A program made the position numbers and the translations under genes. Below, one piece after another: positions 12,718 to 24,425 of a stretch of DNA of 64,000 nucleotides (position 1 is its first letter; the number at the start of each line of letters is the position of its first letter). Source of the stretch: Lingula anatina (taxonomy: Eukaryota > Animalia > Brachiopoda); the NCBI GenBank assembly GCA_051362555.1, contig CM120640.1:45176788-45240787 (forward strand), given 5' to 3'. Below the pieces are notes generated by a model that had not been told where the DNA came from, searched no databases, and saw only the letters and a program-made list of their open reading frames with translations.

Positions 12718-12729
12718 TGGCGACGAGGA
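12718..12729 (+). promoter_or_regulatory. Primer binding site, complementary to the 3' end of tRNA-Ser(GCU)
   Basis: TGGCGACGAGGA begins after a 1-nt spacer following the LTR. It is the reverse complement of the metazoan tRNA-Ser(GCU) end ...TCCTCGTCG-CCA (recalled). Confidence 0.85.
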
Positions 12730-12732
12730 ATT

Positions 12733-15700
12733 ATGGAGGAGGAAGAACCCCAAGCAGTAAACTTGACGCATATACCAACTTTTCCACCTTTCATCATCAG
12801 ACAGGAACCGAACACCGTCTTTAAAAGATGGGGAAAATGGAAGGAAAGATTTGAAAACCTCATGGTTGCACTGAACATCAAAAACTCGCAACAGAAGAGA
12901 GCCATGCTTTTACATTTAGCTGGTGAGGAATTTTTAGACATTTTTGAGAATCTGCCAGACAGAGGGGACTCATATGAAGATGCGGTAGCTTCTTTTGGAC
13001 AGTACGTAAGACCTCATCATAATCCTGAGTTTGAAATTTACAAATTTCGAAGCTGTAAGCAAGAATCTAGTGAAACCATTGATTCATACCATATCAAACT
13101 AAGACAAATAGGAGCCAACTGTGGATTTGAAAATTTGGACAGAGAGGTTAAGTCACAAATTATACAAGGATGTACATCCCATAAGTTGAGAAGAAAAGCT
13201 CTTAGTGACCAGACTCTCACACTGAATAACTTGCTTACACATGCTAGAGCTTTAGAGCTGTCTGAACAAAGGTCCCATATTATGGAGGGCGATACCAGTC
13301 CTACCACAGTCTATGCCGTGAAAAAATCAGCACAAGCCCAAGCACCTAAACCACACAAGCCAAGTCATAACAAGTCCAAAACACAGCCAAAACAGGGTTT
13401 CAGGGAGTGTTGGTTCTGCGGTGGAGAGTACCCACACAAAGGAGTTTGTCCTGCCAAGGGTAAAATCTGCAGAAAATGTAACAAGTTGAACCATTTCCAA
13501 ATCAAATGCAGAAGTAAAGAGAACAAAACAAAACCTGATCATGCTCCTATCAGTACTGTAAATGAAAATAAATGTAGCAAGTATATTATTGCTTTACAGG
13601 TTAGCTCACAGTCTATTGACTTTGAGCTAGATACTGGTGCGTCTGTCACGTTGATTGGTCAAGATTTGTATGAATCAAAGTTCAAAGATCACCCTTTACG
13701 TCAATCAGATTTGCATCTCACATCTTATTGCGGCAATCCTCTTAGTTTATTGGGGGAAATAACAGTCACAGTGAGTTACAATGACCAGTCTGTAGACCTA
13801 CCATTAGTAGTGGTGGAGGGATCTAAACCTGCATTGTTGGGGCAAAACTGGTTAGAGAAAATAAAGTTAGATTGGTCCAATGTCTTTTCTGTACAGAGTG
13901 ACCCAAAGTTAAAGTCACTTCTGTCACAATACAAAGATGTATTTGCTACAAGTCAAGGGTCAATCAAAGGTTTTGAAGCAGATGTTTACATTCCTGAAGG
14001 TACAACTCCCATATTCAAGAAAGCTTATAGTGTACCCTACCCTCTGCAAGATAAGGTTAAATCTCAGCTGTTGGAGGCAGTTGAGAAGGGTCATTATACC
14101 AAAGTAGAAAGTAGTAAGTGGGCGAGTCCACAAGTCACTGTTGTAAAACCATCAGGGGATCTGAGGTTATGTGGTGACTATAAGGTCACAGTTAATACAG
14201 TACTAGACAAAGACCCATATCCACTCCCAACTATTCAGTCAGTACTAGCCAAACATGCAAAAGGGAAATTCAGATCTAAAATAGATTTGCGCGAAGCATT
14301 TTCCCAGTTAAAATTGAGTGAGAAGTCAAAACAATATCTCACGATTAACACTTTGATTGGTTTGTTACGCCCAGAGCGAATGCCGTATGGTATTACGACT
14401 GCTCCGCAGCAGTTTCAACGCGTTATGGATCAAGTGTTGGATGGTATTGAGGAGGCTGCTTGTTCTATTGATGATATACTCATCACTACTGACACAGTAG
14501 AAGAACATTACATAGCACTACAACGTGTGCTGCAGAGACTCCGTCAGTACAATATCCGTGCGCGTTTGTCAAAGTGTAGTTTCATTCAGAAACGTATTGA
14601 TATTCTTGGTCATACACTGGATGAAAGTGGTATACATCCAAGTGCCAAGAACATAGAAAATATCATGAATATGCCCAAGCCTGAAAATGTTTCAGAGCTC
14701 AAGTCATTCCTGGGAATGTTAAACTTTTATGGGAAATTCATAAAGAACATGTCTACTCAGGTGTCCACACTAAACAGGCTCTTAAGCAAAAATGTAGAGT
14801 GGAACTGGACAAAGGAGTGTGATGCTGCATTTAATGCTGCCAAGTCTGCTATTTCTGCAGAGTCATGTCTCACACCCTATGATCCTAAACGGCCAATCGT
14901 ATTAGCTTGTGATGCATCATCAGTGGGGATTGGTGCAGTCATAAGTCATATTATGGAAGATGGTTCTGAACGCCCCATTGAAACAGCCTCTCGTACTCTT
15001 TCTAAAGCAGAAAAGAATTATGCTCAAATTGAGAAAGAGGCTTTAGCCATCATATTTGGTGTGAAGAAATTCCACATGTATTTATATGGAAGAGAGTTTA
15101 CTCTTATTACAGACCATCTGCCTCTTGTGAAAATATTCAATTCACATACTGGTATACCGTCATTAGCTGCAGCTAGAATGCAACGCTGGAGTTTGATTCT
15201 GTCAGCTTACAATTACAAGATAAAATATAGAAAGTCTGCTGACAATGCAAGTGCAGATTGCTTTTCACGGTTACCAAATAAAAATTCTGAGCCTATTGAG
15301 GATAACGAGTTTGTTGTCCATTGTGTGTCTTTCACAGAAGAATTACCTGTGAAAGCGAGTGATATTAGCAAAGCCACTATAAAGGACCCAGTCTTGTCCA
15401 GAGTGTATGATTTCACTCTTAATGGTTGGCCAAGCTATGTCAAAGATGATTCTTTGATGCCTTACTTTAGACGCAGAAATGAACTTACTGTTGACCAAGG
15501 TTGCATACTTTGGGGATTACGTGTCATCATACCACCTTGTTATCGTGACCGTTTACTTCGTGAATTACACGAAGAACATCATGGGATTGTTAGAATGAAG
15601 TCCTTAGCTAGAGGGTACTTGTGGTGGCCTGGACTAGATTCTGGAATTGAGTCTTTGGTCTCTGGATGTGATGAATGTCAATCAAACAGAGCCTTGCCAG

Positions 15701-16764
15701 CTGTTGCACCACTGATCCCATGGTCTTTCCCTTCACGTGTGTGGGAGAGGGTCCATATTGATTTCTTTGAGAAAGACAATCGTTCTTATTTGATACTGAT
15801 TGATGCATATTCGAAGTGGATAGAAGTAGAAGAAATGCAATCTACTACTGCTTCGAAAACAATTGATGTTTTACGTTCGTGGTTTGCAAGAGCAGGTTTG
15901 CCTGAGATTATTGTGTCAGATAATGGACCACAGTTTACCTCAGGGGAGTTTCGTAAATTCTGTGAAATGAATGGAATAAATCACAAACTTATACCTCCGT
16001 ACCATGCAAGCACGAATGGTGCCGCTGAGCGTTCAGTGCAAGTTATCAAACAAGGGCTAACAAAACATATGTTAGAGAATAGGGAAGGTTCCCGCAGTCT
16101 GAGATTATCCCAGTTAATGATGCTGTATAGAATAACTCCGCATTCAACAACTGGTGTCAGTCCATCTGAATTGTTCATGAAGCGTCAGATTAGGTCAAAA
16201 TTTTCTCTTTTGAAACCCAGCCTTTCTATGTCTGTTGAAACAAAACAGGAAAAGCTATGTCAGTATCATGACAAACGTCCCAAGTCGCGTCACTTTAACC
16301 TGTATGATAAGGTCAGAGTTCGCAATTTCAGAGGGGGGCAAGAGAAATGGGTTTCTGGTTGCATTGTGAAAGTTTGTGGACCTCATACATATGTTGTACA
16401 AATTGGCAGATCGAAACGCTTTGTGCATATTGATCATATAATTGGTTCCACTGTTTCAAATGAAATGCCATTTTCTGATGAAGTTAATGTGACACTACCT
16501 TCAAGAGAAAATGTTGAATCTGATAATCAAACAAAGACTGAATTTGAGCAACCTGAGCCAAGGTTTCATTCAGAACCTGTTCAAATTGAGCATGAATCAG
16601 GTGATACAATGGACAATAGTGATGCAAAATTACCTGACAAATCTGAAGCTAGCAGTACATTTGTATCTGATGATGTTGAGGCTAGTCCTACTGTTGATAA
16701 ACAACCAGTTCGCAGATATCCACAAAGGGAGCGCAAAGCACCTGAGAGACTAACTTACACTTGA
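12733..16764 (+). CDS. Gag-Pol polyprotein, 1343 aa (Gag with two CCHC knuckles, aspartic protease, RT, RNase H, integrase)
   Basis: Zinc knuckles CWFCGGEYPHKGVC and CRKCNKLNHFQIKC; protease LDTGA; RT LRLCGDYK, KIDLREAF, MPYG and SIDD; RNase H CDAS, EKEALA and TDH; integrase HEEH...CDEC, HIDF, SDNG and AAERSV. Confidence 0.97.
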   Translation: MEEEEPQAVNLTHIPTFPPFIIRQEPNTVFKRWGKWKERFENLMVALNIKNSQQKRAMLLHLAGEEFLDIFENLPDRGDSYEDAVASFGQYVRPHHNPEFEIYKFRSCKQESSETIDSYHIKLRQIGANCGFENLDREVKSQIIQGCTSHKLRRKALSDQTLTLNNLLTHARALELSEQRSHIMEGDTSPTTVYAVKKSAQAQAPKPHKPSHNKSKTQPKQGFRECWFCGGEYPHKGVCPAKGKICRKCNKLNHFQIKCRSKENKTKPDHAPISTVNENKCSKYIIALQVSSQSIDFELDTGASVTLIGQDLYESKFKDHPLRQSDLHLTSYCGNPLSLLGEITVTVSYNDQSVDLPLVVVEGSKPALLGQNWLEKIKLDWSNVFSVQSDPKLKSLLSQYKDVFATSQGSIKGFEADVYIPEGTTPIFKKAYSVPYPLQDKVKSQLLEAVEKGHYTKVESSKWASPQVTVVKPSGDLRLCGDYKVTVNTVLDKDPYPLPTIQSVLAKHAKGKFRSKIDLREAFSQLKLSEKSKQYLTINTLIGLLRPERMPYGITTAPQQFQRVMDQVLDGIEEAACSIDDILITTDTVEEHYIALQRVLQRLRQYNIRARLSKCSFIQKRIDILGHTLDESGIHPSAKNIENIMNMPKPENVSELKSFLGMLNFYGKFIKNMSTQVSTLNRLLSKNVEWNWTKECDAAFNAAKSAISAESCLTPYDPKRPIVLACDASSVGIGAVISHIMEDGSERPIETASRTLSKAEKNYAQIEKEALAIIFGVKKFHMYLYGREFTLITDHLPLVKIFNSHTGIPSLAAARMQRWSLILSAYNYKIKYRKSADNASADCFSRLPNKNSEPIEDNEFVVHCVSFTEELPVKASDISKATIKDPVLSRVYDFTLNGWPSYVKDDSLMPYFRRRNELTVDQGCILWGLRVIIPPCYRDRLLRELHEEHHGIVRMKSLARGYLWWPGLDSGIESLVSGCDECQSNRALPAVAPLIPWSFPSRVWERVHIDFFEKDNRSYLILIDAYSKWIEVEEMQSTTASKTIDVLRSWFARAGLPEIIVSDNGPQFTSGEFRKFCEMNGINHKLIPPYHASTNGAAERSVQVIKQGLTKHMLENREGSRSLRLSQLMMLYRITPHSTTGVSPSELFMKRQIRSKFSLLKPSLSMSVETKQEKLCQYHDKRPKSRHFNLYDKVRVRNFRGGQEKWVSGCIVKVCGPHTYVVQIGRSKRFVHIDHIIGSTVSNEMPFSDEVNVTLPSRENVESDNQTKTEFEQPEPRFHSEPVQIEHESGDTMDNSDAKLPDKSEASSTFVSDDVEASPTVDKQPVRRYPQRERKAPERLTYT

Positions 16765-16992
16765 CTGAGAAATATTACTGTCATTAAAATTTTCTAGAGA
16801 CATATTGTCATACATGTAAGATGACCAAGGACTGTTAAAGGATTAATGAGAACTGTTGATCTGTTTACACTCTGAAGTGATTATTTAGAGTGCCTCTGAG
16901 TATTTGTAACATTTTAGTTTATTTAGTTTTGTCATTATATAAGTAAAAAGAAAAAAAAATTGCACATTTAAAGTCATTGTGGTGCATATCTC

Positions 16993-17004
16993 AAGAGGGA
17001 GAGA
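16993..17004 (+). promoter_or_regulatory. Polypurine tract
   Basis: AAGAGGGAGAGA directly abuts the 3' LTR. Confidence 0.9.
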
Positions 17005-17169
17005 TGTAGTAAATGTGCAGTAGCTCAGTATTGTGTTAGAGAATATCAGTGTTGTGAGTGTTGTGATCTCGGGAGAATACTGGAGACTTGAAAAATAAAG
17101 TATGGTGCTGGGAAATCAGACTTGGTGTCTTGTTGGTTTGAATCTAAGAACATCTTAAAGAACATCACA
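17005..17169 (+). repeat. 3' LTR (165 bp)
   Basis: Same sequence as 12552-12716, followed by TSD CCATC. Confidence 0.97.
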
Positions 17170-19335
17170 CCATCAACTACTTTTCTTTCATAGATTGCAA
17201 GTTATATTAATTTTATGATTTTCAGGAACAGCTGAATTTTGACTTTGCATGTCTAATTCAGATTTCAAACTATTGCATTCATATTTTAATTTGATACAAG
17301 CTTATGAAAAGCTTATTGATTTGTGACAGGGAAACAAACTATGGGGTACATATGCATTCTAAGAAAAGTTGTTGGCTGTGCAAGCATACCATATATAGTA
17401 TTCAATATTTAGTAGGACCAAGGGATATTTTAAAAGTGTGCTGTTTTCTCTGCATGTTTGATCATCTTAACAATCAGTACATTCTATGTTGTACATATTG
17501 TCTTTGTATTTTGACCTCAGAGGGAAATGACATGATCCCAGTCTTAATTCCATTTCCAATTGAACCAATAAAGAATCCAGTTTTTGCATTTCCATTTGAA
17601 CTAAGCCACTTCATAGCCACTTAGTGCAATGTGCGTCACAGGGTTGTTAAAAATAGTTTTAATTCCATATCCTTTGGAATTTAAAGGTTTTGAAAAAAAG
17701 TTAATGAGAGTACATATAAGGCTAAAATTTAGTAGTAAATGCTGTTTTATGCAGCTCTACCCACCACACATTTTTGCATGATATGTAACTCATTTTGTTT
17801 GAGATTCTCCAAATGAGAATTCGAAATGTATTCTTTGTAACACGCCAAATAGTATGTCTATGTAATTTTAGTTTGATAATTCAGTAATCCGGTTTACTCC
17901 TTGAATTGGCATTCATAGTACAGAATATCTAAAAAAAAAAAGCTGTAATGACAGACTTTCTATAAGATCACAAACCTATTTTTACTCAAATTTCCATTTC
18001 TGCATAACAAAGGCCAAGGCAATTAACAAGCTGTGGGCTTTTGCACCAAATGAATAAAATTGAGTAAGATGATATTCTTTTGATCAATTCTGAAACATGC
18101 AGGCATTGTTCTTGTAATCAGAGAGGAAAGAAGTCATCCTGTTTCATAAAGTCCTTGCATTTTGGATTTTAGTTTGCCATTATTGTCTGTGTATCCACAT
18201 TATTCATTTGAAATTTGTTTTCATTAATTTTTTTTTTGTCAGCATGATTGCTTTTCTATTTAGTGTGCACAATTGACATTTGAAACTCAGTTTTTCCTCC
18301 TATAAGATAAGAACAATCTGTATTATTTGATCATGTTCTAAGGCAACCATGATTAATGACAGATTTTCCTCTTTCATTTAATCTACTTGCTCTTTATATA
18401 TCACAAAAGAGAAGAGAAAATTATGACTGTGGAGTGATAAGAAGAATAAAACATTGCATCCAGATAACGGGATATTGATTGCTATTTTAATATTTCATCA
18501 GTCAGTTATTTCCAGCCTTATTTTATCAGGTTATGTAAGTTGTAAAGAGAGCCCATTATATACTCTGCCGGATTACTTAAAACCAGTCAATTATCCCCCT
18601 GATGCATTGCGTTCCTCACTTATTTCAGCTTGAATGCAGGTGTTAATGTCCAAATCTGCTGTCAGTGATTACTGAAAACTAAATTTTAAATTTTCAAGGT
18701 GAGTTGAATATCTTTGTGATGTAAAGTAAAATGAAGACAGGTAAGCAATGGAACAATTTGTAATCCTATATTTGTGTATAAGACATGGGTAGTGTGTGAG
18801 AATACATTGTGAATATATCACTCTCTTTGGCATTAGTTTCAGATGACATGTATACTGTGACATCAATCATAATGGCGAGCATCTTACGGTTTAAAATGTC
18901 ATTATAATGTCTTTTTTTTCACATGTTATGGGAGACTTGAGGCATAGCACTTGCCACTCGGTAACCTTACAGCAAAAGAAACTAGGTTTAAATGTTTTGT
19001 GTCAGTACAATGTATATAAGGTGCATGTTAATGCATTCAAAGATGACTTAAGCATGTTCATAATTATGTGATTACATGTGTATGTTCATTTGTGTCTACC
19101 TTATGTTGGTCCCAGGTTGTTTTTTCCGAGTCTTAATGTCTATGGTAAGGCGTGGCTTGTGAGAAAACTGACAGCTCTATCCTGTATGTGTTTGCATGCA
19201 TATGTGAATGTGTTTGTGGTTTAGAAAAAAATGAAATTCAATCATTGCTGCTGTAGGAACATTCAAAGGCTATTTGAGCATTAGTGGAAAGAAGGCTTTT
19301 ACAATGAATTGTTTGAAGTTTGAAATAGTTTTATA

Positions 19336-19336
<1 letters not shown>

Positions 19337-19378
<42 letters not shown>
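19337..19378. repeat. (TG)n microsatellite
   Basis: Pure TG run of about 20 units. Confidence 0.95.
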
Positions 19379-19382
<4 letters not shown>

Positions 19383-20029
19383 TAAACTCTTAATAATAAA
19401 CTTAACTCTCTCATAAATGCCATCTCTTATTAATGACCATGGGTGTAACTGTATGTATGATTTCAAAAACTTAGTGTAATTGTGCATCCAAAACTTAATG
19501 ATTGTTGAAACAGCTTGCCAACACACTTAATGAGTGCAGATGTCTGAATACTTCAATATTTTGTGCTCCTTAATGCATATAAAGGAGATTTTTTTTTTTG
19601 AACAGTAAACTTATGAAGATTTCTAATATAACACATAGTCTAAGACCCATTAAACAATTTTATTAGCAAAAAATAGCAGAACCATCACATATCTCTGCAA
19701 CTTTTTCGTTGATTTGAATGTAAACAGGGTGCAATAACTTTTTTCCATCAATTAAAACTTAGTTAAACTTCTGCACTGTTTTATATCTCATCATTTCAGA
19801 ATTATTTGGATAACTTTTTGAAAAGAGAAGTATCTTTTTCTCAATACATTAAAAGTAGCAGCTATGTAGACCATGGTGTAAATATTGAAGAACATTACAC
19901 TTTGACGTGCTGAGGAGATTCTCTGCCAAAGGCAATTTCTGTATTCACACGTATTGTCCACTAGAAGGAAATATTCATAAATAAAACTATGTTCTCTCAT
20001 GGTATCTGCTAGCAAGCATAGGTTTCTTA

Positions 20030-20137
20030 ATTGGGATAACTGCCATTTTGGTGGAATTGATAATATGTCCATGTGTTGTTTACAATGTTTTTATTGTTGA
20101 ATTTTAAATCATATTTGAAGAGTTGTTATCCCTTTAA
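20030..20137 (-). mobile_element. Diverged end of the TTAA/Kolobok-type family seen at 43141
   Basis: The reverse complement TTAA-AGGGATAACAACTCTTC...CAATAAAAACATTGT...ACCAAAATGGCAGTTAT aligns by eye with 43137-43250. The other end was not located. Confidence 0.6.
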
Positions 20138-20385
20138 GTGCATTATTTGAACCCACAAATAAACTAGTGTGAAATACTGTACTTCAGAAATGTCTGCATC
20201 AATACAATATAAGATTGACATCTCCCTCCCCCCCCCCAAAAAAAAAATGTTGTTCATGTACACAGGTGTGTGCGTGCATGTATGTGTACACATGTTTTTC
20301 ATCTCCATTACAAAATAATGGTTTTGATTTTGATGTGAAGAGATGGCATTATTTTAGGAATTAGACATTGGGTTCCCTAGATTTG

Positions 20386-20553
20386 CAGGCCTGTAGCCAG
20401 GGGAGGTTCGGGGGGTTCGAAAGAACCACCCCTTTGGCTGGGAAAAGGTCCAATCAGGGTAAAATTTGATCTGGGAACATGATGTTTTTATGGAAAAAGG
20501 TCTATTTTTTCAGAAAATGAACCCCCCTTTTGAAATTGCTGGCTCCGGGCCTG
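20386..20553. mobile_element. Second, more diverged copy of the CAGGCCCGTAGCCAG MITE
   Basis: CAGGCCTGTAGCCAG...CTGGCTCCGGGCCTG. The internal sequence is homologous to 10834-11010. Flanks ATTTG/ACTTG match at 4 of 5 positions. Confidence 0.85.
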
Positions 20554-23500
20554 ACTTGTTAATTTGAAAGAAAAAAAAGTGCCCTTGTACTAGTGGTTGG
20601 GATGTGGTACATTGTCACTTTAATTTTAAAGGTGTCACCACTTGATTACTACATCAAGATCTATGCATGTCTGGAAGTAACTGCACCCCATGATTTATTC
20701 CCAGTACTTTATTGTGGGTTTGCATTTAAAACCTATGTATTTCACTTCCCACTCAGCAGAGCAGTGAGTTGAAAATATAGTGTGTTGTGTGTAATTTGTA
20801 ACTTTGTTGAATGATGAACTTGCTGAATAGCAGAAGCACTTCTTATGCAGCAAGGGGCACTGCTACTGTGTCAAATGAACAGTCAAGGGACTATCTTTGT
20901 GACAATGTCTCAATTTAACGCTAGGTGTCAACCTGTGTATATTATCTGAAAGAGGATGAGATTTCACTGGAGATAGGCTTGAAACTCGGCTTTCTGCAAT
21001 TAACTTGAAAAGGTGACAATTTGTACCATGAAAAGAATAAAATAATAAACTAAGCTGTACTGCGCCTTATCTTCACTCCACCTATTAGCTCCTTAGGCTA
21101 CAGAGGTATGCTTGGTTCATGTCAGCATGTCAAACTTTTGGCTAGACACAAAAATGTATTTTGGCTAAAGGAAATGTGAAATATATTTTTATTTATTTTT
21201 GGCAGTGTGAAGAGAATTATGTATGAATTTGAAAATTGGTCTGTTTAAAAAAAATTACTCTCTTGTAAACTCACATGGGTAATGTATCATGAGAAATGTG
21301 GGGATGACAATTTCTGCATCTGGTGAAACGGGTGTAAGCAGGTATGTAATGGATTGGGGTTTGAGGTTAAGCGATTAAGATCAGTGGGAAGATTTGCTTA
21401 ATCTTCTTATAGAAATGTTCTGTTTGTGTTGGAGGATATGAGATATTTTTATGGAGGAATTTGGTTCATTGTAGAGAGGAAGTAAACTTCGAGTCTAAAG
21501 GTGAAGCCTGTCTGAGAACTATTGTGTAGTTTAGTGTAGCAACGCACCAGAAAATTGTTTTGAATATTTTCATGTTTTCAATCACTGATGTTTTTAATTG
21601 AAAATCACTTTTTTCTGCCAAGGATAACTATTTTATTGTTTCTTCTTGATTTGGAACAGGAATGTAAAGATAGCAAGTTTTGTGTTTTTATTCATGGCTG
21701 TTTTATACCTTTAAATGTGTTTTAGATGGATTACTTTTCACTCAATAACTTTTTATTTCTATTTAATGCAAATAGATGCTCCTAAGATTGCATTTGTTTT
21801 AATGGGCATAATGTATGCTGTAACACTCAAACCATGTAAGGAAAATGCCAATCTCAAGAATGAACTATGACTTATTTTTGATTTGAAGCTCATGGGTGCA
21901 GTTGAATTTATTTCCCATAAAAAGCAATGAATCAGTTTATACATTCTTATACTATTTTGCATGTAGTCCCAAACATGGACACTCTCTACTGGCTATCCCT
22001 GCCATATGGTGTCATTATACCTGTGATATGGTTGTCAGGACTTGACATCAACAACAACAGCAACAGTAGATCATTAGGCGAGGAATCCCTCGTGGGGTTC
22101 TAATTATAGTCATAGGATGGGCGAGAGAACTGATTAATTGACAGGAGCCTCTTAAACTTGGTCTGATTATGTCCATCATAGTGATTTCAGTAGTAAGTTC
22201 TTCTGTAATGAAATGAAATCTAGTATGAAAGAACCCAAGTTTGATGGATATTTTCAAGTTGTCATGTGGAGTGATGATTGGCAGTAGTTTTTGAAAGGAG
22301 ATTGTAGTGAAAACTGTTTTGATTGTGTAAGGAATGATGATTTTTTTATTGAATGGTTAATGGGGCTAAATTGTTTTTCTTATGGTGATTTGTATGACTT
22401 GCCTTATAAGAAGATACCTATTCAGATATCCCATTATTCCAGTGTAGATAGATGAAAAACAATAATTACATATTTCAACATATAAAACTATGCAAGGCCA
22501 TTATCCCAGTGCAGGGAGGTTACAGTGGTGGAGGAAATATCAGGCATGTGGCACTCCAATGATAAGAATTAATAGGATTGATTTGTTGATGAGGCAGCAT
22601 CAGATATGACGTACAGGGAGAATTCCTGGGCTCTGGTACAGGTAGCTATGTGTAGTCATCAAATAGATGTTCATTTTGTTCTGTATGAGTGAAGTGATAG
22701 GTGGGATGGGCACCTGTGCGTGGCAAGTAGAATAGAAAGATGTAAGTCTTGTAATAATATTATGGATACAATATTGAATTTGGTTATCTTGGATGTTTAC
22801 TTTGATGTTCATGATGTCTGTGTAAACTAAGAATTTATGGAGAAACTGTTCAGTATATTAAGTTTACCATCCAATAGTGTCTGAAATATTTAATTATGAT
22901 AATGTTTCCCAGTATAAAAATGTAAAGTATGTATTTAGAGTACAAAGAAACAGAGAGATGCAATATAGTACAATTTTGATTTTAAAGCTGAAGAATGAAT
23001 TATATTTATTCTGTTACTTAAGATTGCTTAAAAATTCTGCATACTTGTTTGATATCTTGCATATTTTCAATGGATATCCAACTTTCCCACATTGTGGCCA
23101 GCACTTGTGACATCATAAATTTATTTTAAACTTCACCTATGTGTAATGCTGTGTCACAGCTGTGACACTATGGATGCACACATGATGCATTCACACACAC
23201 AGAGAATAGAATGATTTCACTTCATGCTGTTTCTGTATGGTAACACTCTTAACAGTTGAGGCTCAATAAGTAGACTAAAGATTTTCCCTTTATTTATATT
23301 TCAAGTTGGGGACAGGTTATGGCAATTTTTTGCAGGCTCCAACTTGGTTACATATAAAACAAATAAATATAGATCTATATGTAGATTCTGAAAAGTTTAT
23401 ACGTGTGGACAGACCTGAAATGTTTGTCACTGGTCTTTTGTGACTGTCATTTGTCTTAAAGAGCCATCTGTTATCACATATTTTTGAATAAAGTTCCACC

Positions 23501-24425
23501 TGTCATCATTGTAATAAACACATAATTAAAATACTGGGGATGGTGATAGCACCTGTATTTCTAGGAAACGCGTATAAAAGGGCTGAGAGATGAAGCAGTC
23601 AGCATACAGGAGGTATTTTGGTTGGTGGTATGTTGGAGTTGGGCTCTATTGACTGAATAGTTTATGGAATACGTATTTCATTTAGATTACATATAAGAGT
23701 TGCAGAAATGAACTTTACTGCTGACATTAAAAGGCAGTGTTTTGGTAGGTATTGTTTTACAATTCCATTCTCATATTTAGTAAGTAGTATACCATATAAT
23801 AACAGAATTGTATAATGTGTGGTTGGAAATATGACAATGCACACCTAGAAAGGCCGAATTTTAGGTATTGTTATAAAATTCATTTGTTATTATCCAGTGG
23901 ATTTTTGTTTTAGAATTTTTTTCTCTCACTCGCTGTATGATTATTTTATCTGTTTTCATTTTTTTTTATCTTTAAAGTCTGCTATACCATAGTGTTATGA
24001 TTGTAAACAATTAAGTCTGTATCAGAGGAAGTGTGATATTTCTCTGATTTAAACACACCCAGAAGAATGGAAAAAATTAGCCAAAATCTTAAGCTCTATC
24101 TTTGATTCTAGCCTTGTATTGTTTGCAAGTACCTAACAGAACATGTGCAGTTAAATTTTGAATATCAAAGGTCAAACAATTTAGGGCAACATTTTTTGCT
24201 CTATCAAGTGTTTGCTTGCTAGGCTGTTGTGTGGACTTAGTGAAATCATGGACTTTAATGCATCTACTTTTCTCCAATCAATCTGGCATTGGAAATGAGT
24301 GAGTTATACCAATATTTGAGGAGACAGGATTCTTGTTGTGAGAACAATGAGATAATTGGAATACATAGAGTTTATTTTATATTTCAGACACTAATGAGAT
24401 TCTGAGAACAGTGGAGAGCAGAAAG

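Larger units (their letters stand above)
12552..17169 (+). mobile_element. Full-length Ty3/Gypsy (Mag-like) LTR retrotransposon, 4618 bp
   Basis: Two 165-bp LTRs (TG...CA) that are identical by eye, TSD CCATC at 12547-12551 and 17170-17174, a PBS, a PPT and a single gag-pol ORF with PR-RT-RH-IN order. Confidence 0.97.

Noticed and set aside
12702-16753. Short antisense and alternate-frame ORFs overlapping gag-pol (e.g. 12702-12941, 13038-13307, 16511-16753)
   Set aside because: Shadow ORFs of a long coding sequence, with no recognisable motifs.
16765-17624. Possible env gene (3' region of the element, or ORF 17304-17624)
   Set aside because: Only about 230 nt lie between the pol stop and the PPT, and the 106-aa ORF is outside the 3' LTR with no env features.
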